Below are positions 1-7,170 of a stretch of DNA of 13,594 nt, one piece after another; position 1 is the first letter of the stretch; every line of letters begins with the position of its first letter. This stretch comes from Candidatus Ratteibacteria bacterium (GTDB lineage Bacteria > Ratteibacteria > UBA8468 > B48-G9 > JAFGKM01), in contig JBKBIN010000038.1 of assembly GCA_046296715.1 (NCBI GenBank), positions 1 to 13,594 of the forward strand, read 5' to 3'. Both the position numbers and the translations under genes were made by a program. Below the pieces are notes generated by a model. The model saw nothing but the letters and a program-made list of their open reading frames with translations. It did not search any database and had not been told where the DNA came from.

Positions 1-94
1 GTAAAAGCATAGAAGCAAGAATTGCAATTATAGCAATAACAACAAGTAATTCTATTAAAGTAAAACCAACTCTTTCTCTAATAAATTTTATCAT
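1..94 (-). CDS. Prepilin-type N-terminal cleavage/methylation domain protein (DUF1559 / pseudopilin-like), 5' part only; runs off the left edge
   Basis: The reverse complement from the ATG at 94 reads MIKFIRERVG-FTLIELLVVIAIIAILASMLL. This is a class III signal peptide (G/F cleavage site, Glu at +5, hydrophobic helix) matching the FTLIELLVVIAIIAILAxxLLP leader typical of PVC-group DUF1559-like proteins. An SD-like GAGGGGG lies upstream. An alternative in-frame ATG is at 121. Not in the ORF track. Confidence 0.92.
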   Translation of the reverse strand, partial: MIKFIRERVGFTLIELLVVIAIIAILASMLL

Positions 95-139
95 TTTCCA
101 CCCCCTCACTTTTTTTATCATTTTCCACCTCTTCACTTT
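86..139. repeat. 27-bp tandem duplication (2 copies, 25/27 identical) covering the SD and start codon of the pilin-like gene
   Basis: 86-112 ttttatcattttccaccccctcacttt versus 113-139 ttttatcattttccacctcttcacttt; mismatches only at 103/130 and 105/132. Confidence 0.9.
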
Positions 140-147
140 TTATTAAT

Positions 148-211
148 ATGTTAATCAAATTTTTCTTTCAAGTAAATAGATTTTTATGAAATTATCTATC
201 CTAAAACGAAC
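148..211 (-). promoter_or_regulatory. Putative activator-dependent promoter of the pilin-like gene, with candidate AraC operator (170-211)
   Basis: On the minus strand: TTTACT (176-171), 17 bp, TAACAT (153-148). The 42-bp stretch 211-170 aligns without gaps to 1123-1164 upstream of the glycoside hydrolase gene. Confidence 0.6.
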
Positions 212-214
212 AAT

Positions 215-1102
215 TTATAAAATTTCTCTATATTTTGTTGGAGATATACCCTCAATTCTTTTAAAAATTCTTGTAAAATAGTTTACATTTGAAAAACCAC
301 ATTGATGTGCAATATATTTTATTTGTAAAGAATTGTCCTTTAACATTCTTTTTGCTTTTTCAATTCTATTCTTATTTAAAAATTTTGTAAAAGAATAACC
401 AGTAAACTCCTTAACAATTCTCTGAACATATCTTTGTGAAACCATCAATTTCTTAGAAATATCTGATGACTTTATTCTTAAATCTTCATTAATATAATCT
501 TGAATTTTAAGAAAAATTTTTTCTTTCTTACTTCTTTTTTCTTTCATTTGTTTTCTCTCTATAAAAGAAACAAAAAGAAGACGAAAAAGTAAATAGAAAT
601 AACCCTCCATTTCAATAACCCAACCTAATTCTTTATTTGCTACAATTTCTGAAATTTCTTTTATCATATCATCCATTTCCTCTTTTCTTTTATCAGATAG
701 CAGCCAGTATAATGTTTTTCTTGAAAATAGAAATTCCAATAATTTATTACTTTCTTTAATTTTCTTCTTAATTATTTTTTTAACAATCTTAAATCTTAAA
801 GCAAATATCTGACTTTCTGTATTAAATTCTGGAATGAATGAATGTTTTTTTAAAGGTGGAATTAAAACAGCCATCCCTGGAAAAACTTTAAATTCTTTAT
901 TTTCTACTTTTTCAATCCCACTTCCATTTAAAAAATAAAGAATCTGATAATCATTGTGAAAATGGGAAAATGTTGGAATGTTTATTTTGTGAATATTTAA
1001 CTGGATACTTGAAACAAAAATTAAATTATCTCCTAAAACTAAAGGAAAGATTTCTTTTTTTATTTTTTCAAAACTTTTAAGTGTAAAATATTTCTTCCTC
1101 AT
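215..1102 (-). CDS. AraC/XylS-family transcriptional regulator with N-terminal cupin-type ligand-binding domain
   Basis: Cupin motif HFHNDYQILYFLNGSG...VFPGMAVLIPPLKKHSF and C-terminal double HTH with the AraC signature IKYIAHQCGFSNVNYFTRIFKRIEGISPTKYR. The ORF track starts at 1111. I prefer the ATG at 1102 because the 1111 ATG overlaps a predicted -10 box. Confidence 0.95.
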   Translation of the reverse strand: MRKKYFTLKSFEKIKKEIFPLVLGDNLIFVSSIQLNIHKINIPTFSHFHNDYQILYFLNGSGIEKVENKEFKVFPGMAVLIPPLKKHSFIPEFNTESQIFALRFKIVKKIIKKKIKESNKLLEFLFSRKTLYWLLSDKRKEEMDDMIKEISEIVANKELGWVIEMEGYFYLLFRLLFVSFIERKQMKEKRSKKEKIFLKIQDYINEDLRIKSSDISKKLMVSQRYVQRIVKEFTGYSFTKFLNKNRIEKAKRMLKDNSLQIKYIAHQCGFSNVNYFTRIFKRIEGISPTKYREIL

Positions 1103-1109
1103 TGATAAC

Positions 1110-1138
1110 ATATTAACATTTAGTTCGCTTTAAGTCAA
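1110..1138 (-). promoter_or_regulatory. sigma70-type promoter of the AraC gene (extended -10)
   Basis: On the minus strand: TTGACT (1138-1133), 17 bp ending in TGT, then TAATAT (1115-1110). The ATG at 1102 follows after 7 nt and has no SD. Confidence 0.7.
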
Positions 1139-1185
1139 CTTTTTTCACACTAATCTATTTACTTTTCCATTTGTCTAATTATAAT
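1123..1185 (+). promoter_or_regulatory. Promoter of the carbohydrate-enzyme operon with candidate AraC operator (1123-1164)
   Basis: Perfect TATAAT at 1180-1185 and a weak -35 TTTACT at 1158-1163 (16-bp spacer). The upstream 42-bp element is shared with 170-211 on the minus strand. Confidence 0.65.
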
Positions 1186-1193
1186 GATAAATA

Positions 1194-3242
1194 ATGAAAA
1201 AAGAATCTTTTCTAATTTCTGAAAAAGGAATTTATTTTGTATCTGTTGTTTTATGGAAATGGGAAGATTGGACAGAAAAAGAAATTATTAGTGAACTTAA
1301 AAGAATAGAAAAAGCAGGTTTCAATACAGTAAGGGTTTTTTTTGATAGAAAGGATATAGAAAAAGAAGAAGAAAAATTTGATTGGACAAATCCAGATAAG
1401 TTTTTTAAATGTTTAATGCAGACAAATTTATGGGTAGTTGTTCATCCAAAATTTAGAATAAAAAAGAAAAATGAAATTTCAATACCCGAAGAAGAATTAG
1501 AAAAAGAGAAATATTTTTTAGAAAGATTTATAAAAAGGTATAAAGATAATCCAAGAATAATTTGTTGGATGCTTTTTGGAGAACCTGAACCTATAAGAAA
1601 ATCGTTTGTTTCTCAAGAAGAGGCAGAATTATTTGCGAAATTTTTGAAAAAAAAATACAAGACGATAGAAAATCTTAATGAAAAATGGGGACTTGAAAAT
1701 AAACCATTTTCATTTCATCCACCTTTAAAAGATTTTAAAGAATGCTATAAAATTACACAAGAAAGATTCTGGGAAGACCATGTAATTAGAAGGGATTTAA
1801 TGAGATTTCAGACAGATATTTCAATTGAAAATCAAAAAAAGATAATAGATTTTGTTAAAAAGATTGATCCTTTACATCCTATCAGAAGTGGTGGACATAA
1901 TCTTTTTTTCAATGCTGCTTTATATAGATGGGATTGGGAAAAGACAGCCGAAATTTCTGATATGTTTGTCTCATCAATCCATATACCTTGGCATTTTGAA
2001 CAGGTTGAAGGAGAAGAAGATATCCCCTTATATATTCAAGCAAAAATGATAGTTGATTTTTCTACAAATTCAATTCCTTGTGCTCCTGAAACAACAGGTG
2101 GTTCAAGTAGATATAGTGGATATAGACCATTTACAATGACAGAAGAAAAGATTGAAAGATTTATTCTTTATTATCTTGCATCAGGTTTAAAAGGTTTCGG
2201 TTTTTGGCTATGGAATCCGAGAGAAAGAGGATATGAATGTGGTGAATATGGACTTACTGACCTAACTGGAAGATTGACAAAAGCAGGTAAAAGGGCAGGA
2301 GAGATAGCAAAACAGATAAATAGATATGGAAAGGAATTGTGGCAACTTAAACAGAAAGCAGAAGTATATATTTTTTATAGTTGGGATAATGAAAGTTATT
2401 TAGCAAGAATAAGCGAAGGGAATATTCAAATTCAACATCATGAACATGAACTTTCTGCTTCCTATGCAAGAATTGGAATAGCGAGAGCATTGATAAATAA
2501 AAATATTCCTTTCAAATTTCTTACAGATAACCAATTTTTAAATGGTATATTAGAACCAAAAAAAATTATATATTTGCCATGGCTTGAATCTATGTCTGAA
2601 AAAATTTTGTATAAACTTTACGAATATGCCAGAGATGGTGGAAAAATAATTGTTGATATGCCTTTTGCATATTTTGATGAAAATGGAAGAATTTTTAATA
2701 CAAAAAAAGGTTCAATTTTTGAGAAATTATTTGGATGCAGTATATGTAATTTTTATCGTGTTGGAAAAGTTGAAGATAGAATAAAATATAAAGATTTTGA
2801 GATATTTGAAAATGAACAATGGGCAGAAATTTTACCAACAACTGGTAAAGTAATTGAAAGATTTGAAAACAATTATCCAAGTGTAATTGAAAATAGAGTT
2901 GGCAATGGTCTTGCTGTTGTTATCTGTTTTTCAATTTCAAAAATGTGTAGAAAACCAGGCAATTTGAAACTTGAAGATGAACTGATAAGGATTATTTTTA
3001 AAGATAGAGAGTTTAAAACAATTTGTAATGGTGTTTTACATTTTGCATTATATGGAGATTCTGTAGACCATCATTTTTTAGTAAATAATTCTCAACAAGA
3101 TAAAGAGGTTGAGATTAGATTTGAAGGCAATTATAAAACAGTTTATGATATTTTTGAAGACAAAGAGATTAGTATAAAAGATAAAAATATTAAGGTTCTA
3201 TTTAAAAAAGGGAGGGGAAAATGGTTAAGATGTTTAAAATAA
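1194..3242 (+). CDS. Clan GH-A glycoside hydrolase, GH42/GH164-like (beta-galactosidase-like TIM barrel plus trimerisation domain), probably cytoplasmic
   Basis: GH42-like segments IEKAGFNTVR and FLKKKYKTIENLNEKWG. Candidate acid/base WMLFGEP (Glu codon 1581-1583) and candidate nucleophile CAPETTGG (2088-2090). Also GFGFWLWNPRERGYECGEYGL and a trimerisation-domain-like IIYLP...LYEYARDGGKIIV...AYFDENG. No signal peptide. Confidence 0.82.
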   Translation: MKKESFLISEKGIYFVSVVLWKWEDWTEKEIISELKRIEKAGFNTVRVFFDRKDIEKEEEKFDWTNPDKFFKCLMQTNLWVVVHPKFRIKKKNEISIPEEELEKEKYFLERFIKRYKDNPRIICWMLFGEPEPIRKSFVSQEEAELFAKFLKKKYKTIENLNEKWGLENKPFSFHPPLKDFKECYKITQERFWEDHVIRRDLMRFQTDISIENQKKIIDFVKKIDPLHPIRSGGHNLFFNAALYRWDWEKTAEISDMFVSSIHIPWHFEQVEGEEDIPLYIQAKMIVDFSTNSIPCAPETTGGSSRYSGYRPFTMTEEKIERFILYYLASGLKGFGFWLWNPRERGYECGEYGLTDLTGRLTKAGKRAGEIAKQINRYGKELWQLKQKAEVYIFYSWDNESYLARISEGNIQIQHHEHELSASYARIGIARALINKNIPFKFLTDNQFLNGILEPKKIIYLPWLESMSEKILYKLYEYARDGGKIIVDMPFAYFDENGRIFNTKKGSIFEKLFGCSICNFYRVGKVEDRIKYKDFEIFENEQWAEILPTTGKVIERFENNYPSVIENRVGNGLAVVICFSISKMCRKPGNLKLEDELIRIIFKDREFKTICNGVLHFALYGDSVDHHFLVNNSQQDKEVEIRFEGNYKTVYDIFEDKEISIKDKNIKVLFKKGRGKWLRCLK

Positions 3243-4321
3243 GTTTTTTAGTTTTGATATTTTTATGTTTTTTATCTATAACCCAACAAAGAAGAGTTGA
3301 TATTGACGAAGAACAATTTTCAAAATATTGGAAATTCAAAGGGGAGATAGAAGGATTTCCTAAGAAAGAAGGAGAAAAACCTCCAATTATAAAATTTTAT
3401 CTATGGTATCCAGAAAATATAAAGATTATAAAAGGACTTATAATTACAGGAGGAATTGTAATAGAAGGAGACCTTTCAAGAGATGAAAAATTAAGGACTT
3501 TCTTAATAGATAGTGGTTTTGGAATACTTAAAATAAAACCGATGTTTCTTTTAAAATCTAAACAAGAAAAAGAGAAATTTGAAGAAATTCTAAAAAAAGC
3601 AGGTGAAATTTCTTCCCATCCTGAAATAGTTAATTTACCTTTTTTAACGATTGGACACTCAACAGGTGGAATATACGCAAGAAATATTGGCTATTTTTAT
3701 CCAGAAAGAACCCTTGGAATAGTTCATATAAAAAGTGGAAATTTACAGGACCTTATACCAGATCCTTCTTTTTCTTTAAAAGGCATTCCTTTTGTTGCAA
3801 TAAATGGAGAATTTGAAGAATTTGGGCCTTTGGGTGGAGGTAAAGGTGGAATAAGAGAAAAATATGGAAAACAAACACAATGGATAATGATAAGAAAACA
3901 GTTGTTATTTTTAAGAAATAAAGATGAAAATCATCTTTTCTCCTTACTTGTAGATCCAGGGGGTTCCCATACTTCTTGGAATGATTTAATGAAAGATTAT
4001 GTAATAAAGTTTATTAGTAAGTGTATTGAATATAGATATCCAGAAAATTTTGAACCATTAAAAGGAAGTCCTAAATGTAAGAAAATAGATTTTAAAAAAG
4101 GATATTTGACAGATGCAAATATTAAATCTCCAGAGTTTTTACCTGCGCCTTATTCAGAATATAAAGGAGATAAAAACAAGACTTTCTGGCATTTTGATAA
4201 AGAAATAGCAGAACTTACATATGAGATACATAAAAAATTAACTCCTATTGACCCAAGTCAGGAAGGTGAAAATTGGTGGGAGTTAAATGATGAAATTTTA
4301 ATTCCAAAGTATTCATGGTAA
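3221..4321 (+). CDS. Exported alpha/beta-hydrolase-fold protein (possible carbohydrate esterase)
   Basis: Hydrophobic N-terminal signal; nucleophile elbow GHSTGG; candidate acid in INGEFEE; candidate His in PGGSH. SD GGAGG at 3211-3215. Overlaps the upstream gene by 22 nt. Confidence 0.75.
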   Translation: MVKMFKISFLVLIFLCFLSITQQRRVDIDEEQFSKYWKFKGEIEGFPKKEGEKPPIIKFYLWYPENIKIIKGLIITGGIVIEGDLSRDEKLRTFLIDSGFGILKIKPMFLLKSKQEKEKFEEILKKAGEISSHPEIVNLPFLTIGHSTGGIYARNIGYFYPERTLGIVHIKSGNLQDLIPDPSFSLKGIPFVAINGEFEEFGPLGGGKGGIREKYGKQTQWIMIRKQLLFLRNKDENHLFSLLVDPGGSHTSWNDLMKDYVIKFISKCIEYRYPENFEPLKGSPKCKKIDFKKGYLTDANIKSPEFLPAPYSEYKGDKNKTFWHFDKEIAELTYEIHKKLTPIDPSQEGENWWELNDEILIPKYSW

Positions 4322-4335
4322 AAAAGGAGGGATAG

Positions 4336-7170
4336 ATGAAAAAAATTTTTTATTTTATTTTTTTCTGCTCATCTTTAATTTCATTTTCACAGATAGAGTT
4401 TAAGATAAAAAATCCTGTAAAAAATACTTATTTTTCTACCTGTGTTAAGACACCTTTAGAGTTTAAGAATATAGAGGAGATAGAAATTGTTGATGAAAGT
4501 GGAAAAGTTATTCCATATCAATTTGAAAAGGATTTTAAGAAAGATGTTTATAATTTATGGATTCTTGATGATTTTCAAGAAAATACAGAAAAAAGATATA
4601 AAGTATTTAAAAAACCGAGTGAAATAGGAAAAAAGATAAATGTAAAAAAGGATAAAGAGTTTATTGAAATTGACAATGGACAGGTTGGTATAAGAATTCC
4701 TTTTAAAGTTTATAAAAATGAGGGACCGATTAGAGAAATATTAGTAAATAGAAAATGGATAGGAGAAAGTTTCTGGAAAAGAGAAGTTGAAAATTATAAT
4801 TTTGAAATTTTATGTGAAGGCCCCCTCTTTTTTAAATCAAAACAAACATATGGATTTAAAGGAGGTGGTTTTTCTGAAATATTAATTACAGTTCTTCCTG
4901 AAAAACCTTATATAATAGTTGAAGAGAAACATAAAAATAAAGAAGAAAATTTTTGGGAATTAAATTTATGGAAAGATTGGAAAATTCAGGAAGGTTACAT
5001 ATATGGCTGGTTTACAACAGAAGCAGAAAATATAGGGTCATCTCCACATCCACCGATTATACAGGATAGTGACTTTAAAGCACCTTTCCTTTATGAAAAA
5101 TTAAGGAAAGTTGTTTTTCCTTCCTATTTTAGGTTAGGTAATACCATTACCTATTTAGAACCAAGATGGACACAAAATTGTGAAAAATCATGGTTTTTTG
5201 GTTTTTCAGATCAAGAATATTTTGTAGGTATTATACCTTCTAAAGCAGGAAAATGGGTTTATCCATACAGTAATTCAATAGAGGCAAGATGTGATGAAAA
5301 AAAACAAGGCAAGTTTATCTTTCCATCTTTTCAAGGTTCAAGATATTATTTTATTGTTGTTGATCAAAATAAAAACCTTGAAAATTTGAAAAACTTTACT
5401 CAATATGAGGTTTTAACTCCATTAAATGAAATTCTGGATAAATATGTTGTAGAATGGGAGAATAAAAAGGGGAATTTTGAACCATTATTCTATTATTCTG
5501 ACTGGATAGCAAATCCAACCAATCCTGGAACAAGGCATACAGGAAGAAATCTTGTTGCTGATATTAGAAAAAATAAATTTCCACCAGAAGATATTAATAC
5601 TCTTTCTCGTTTTCAACAATATATTGACCCTGATTTTTGGGGATATCCATATAATGGCTGGTCTCCTATAAATCCAAATTTTTACACAGATTTTGTTAGA
5701 ATACCTATTGCTTTACTAACTGGCCTTAAATCACATCCTTTTTATCCTAAATTTGTTGAGCATATAAAAAAACTTCTTGATTATCATCTTTCTGCTTCAG
5801 TTATTATGCCTAAAGGAACAGGAACAGAGTGTCCAGGATACTTATGGCATGCACTTGGTGTCTTTATGGATATGAATGATGCATGTATACATCTTGGCAT
5901 TGATTTAACAAAAGATGAAAGAATAAAATCTGCAATATCTTTTCTTTTAAGAACAACTCAACCAATAGGAGATGGAAAGAGAAAAATTTTACCAATGGGA
6001 GATACACATCCACCAGGAGCTGATTTTGATACAATTAATGAACTTGCATTAGAAATAGGTATAAATGAAGATCCTAAAAATTGGACAACAGAAGAATTCC
6101 CAGGATTTGGCATTGTTTTCAGAAATAAATCTGGGACAGACAAAGAAAGTTTTCTTGCTTTTAAATCTGGACCAACAAGAGGACATTATCATGGAGACCA
6201 ACTCTCATTCCATTATTGTGCTTACAATAAAAGAATTGCAATAGACCATATGTGCGGTTATGCACCAAGAGCAGACCAGGAACATATGCATAATAGAGTT
6301 TTTTTTAGTTTACCTGATTGGAAATTTTCAAATATGGATGGATATGAAAGGATTATAGGATTTAAAACTTCAAAAGATGTTGATATTGGTATAGGACAGG
6401 TTGAAAGTAAAAGGTTAAAATGGATGCCTGACCTACCTGAAAAAATCGTATGGCAAGCAAAATATCCTGTTAAATTTTATGAACAACCAATAGTTTATAG
6501 AAGATATGTGATATTTATCAAAAATGAAAATGAGGAACCTTTAGATTATTTTGTTATATGGGATAGATTTGAACTTCCATCTGACCAAATAATTCCAAAT
6601 TACGCCCTTCATATTGAAACATCAAAAGATTTTAATAAAGAAAAAAATTGCTTTAAATTTGATGATAAACTTACTCTTTTTGTTGCCAATCCTAATACGT
6701 TTAATTTTGAAAGTTTTAACTGGAAACTTGAAAGAAGAAGGAAAGACGGTTCAATTTACTATAGCGAAGAAACAAAAGGTGTCTTTATAAAACCATCTGA
6801 AAAAAATATAAGTGAATTCATAACTGTCTTATATCCTTCAACTAACAATATTCCTCTGGTAAACTTTAATTTAAGTGAAAGAAAATTGAATGTGAATTTT
6901 AAAAATTTAAGTTATGAAATCGTGTTTGGAAAAGATTCTTTAAAAGCAAATAATAAGTCAAAAAATCTAATTTTATCAGTGAAGAAAAATGGAAAAGAAA
7001 TTTTAAGTTTATTAGAAGAAGATATAAATTTAGAAAGAAATCAAGGAGATTTCTTTTATCCAGTTCTTGAAGCAGGATATAATTTTGGAGAAGAAGCAGA
7101 TTTTTTAAAGAAGTATATAAATTTTATATCAGCAGAAGAATTTTATAACTTAAAAAAGAGGATGAAATGA
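4336..7170 (+). CDS. Exported heparinase II/III-like protein (polysaccharide lyase fold), family unassigned
   Basis: Signal peptide and SD AGGAGG at 4325-4330. Motifs occur in the order expected for Hepar_II_III proteins: GTGTECPGYLWH, LPMGDT, FPGFGIVFR, FKSGPTRGHYHGDQLSFHY...IAID, HMHNRV, YRRYVIFI...YFVIWD. Confidence 0.8.
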   Translation: MKKIFYFIFFCSSLISFSQIEFKIKNPVKNTYFSTCVKTPLEFKNIEEIEIVDESGKVIPYQFEKDFKKDVYNLWILDDFQENTEKRYKVFKKPSEIGKKINVKKDKEFIEIDNGQVGIRIPFKVYKNEGPIREILVNRKWIGESFWKREVENYNFEILCEGPLFFKSKQTYGFKGGGFSEILITVLPEKPYIIVEEKHKNKEENFWELNLWKDWKIQEGYIYGWFTTEAENIGSSPHPPIIQDSDFKAPFLYEKLRKVVFPSYFRLGNTITYLEPRWTQNCEKSWFFGFSDQEYFVGIIPSKAGKWVYPYSNSIEARCDEKKQGKFIFPSFQGSRYYFIVVDQNKNLENLKNFTQYEVLTPLNEILDKYVVEWENKKGNFEPLFYYSDWIANPTNPGTRHTGRNLVADIRKNKFPPEDINTLSRFQQYIDPDFWGYPYNGWSPINPNFYTDFVRIPIALLTGLKSHPFYPKFVEHIKKLLDYHLSASVIMPKGTGTECPGYLWHALGVFMDMNDACIHLGIDLTKDERIKSAISFLLRTTQPIGDGKRKILPMGDTHPPGADFDTINELALEIGINEDPKNWTTEEFPGFGIVFRNKSGTDKESFLAFKSGPTRGHYHGDQLSFHYCAYNKRIAIDHMCGYAPRADQEHMHNRVFFSLPDWKFSNMDGYERIIGFKTSKDVDIGIGQVESKRLKWMPDLPEKIVWQAKYPVKFYEQPIVYRRYVIFIKNENEEPLDYFVIWDRFELPSDQIIPNYALHIETSKDFNKEKNCFKFDDKLTLFVANPNTFNFESFNWKLERRRKDGSIYYSEETKGVFIKPSEKNISEFITVLYPSTNNIPLVNFNLSERKLNVNFKNLSYEIVFGKDSLKANNKSKNLILSVKKNGKEILSLLEEDINLERNQGDFFYPVLEAGYNFGEEADFLKKYINFISAEEFYNLKKRMK

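Noticed and set aside
1647..1655. A9 run in the hydrolase gene (also T8 at 8851-8858) as phase-variation tracts
   Set aside because: A/T runs of this length are expected at this base composition, and the frames are intact.
1852..2049. 65-aa plus-strand ORF in an alternative frame
   Set aside because: Wholly inside the glycoside hydrolase gene, non-ATG start, no SD, no recognisable motif.
2695..2880. 61-aa minus-strand ORF
   Set aside because: Antisense shadow of the hydrolase gene; its hydrophobic composition is what reverse-complemented A-rich coding DNA produces.
5958..6143. 61-aa minus-strand ORF
   Set aside because: Antisense to the conserved core of the lyase-fold gene; no independent support.
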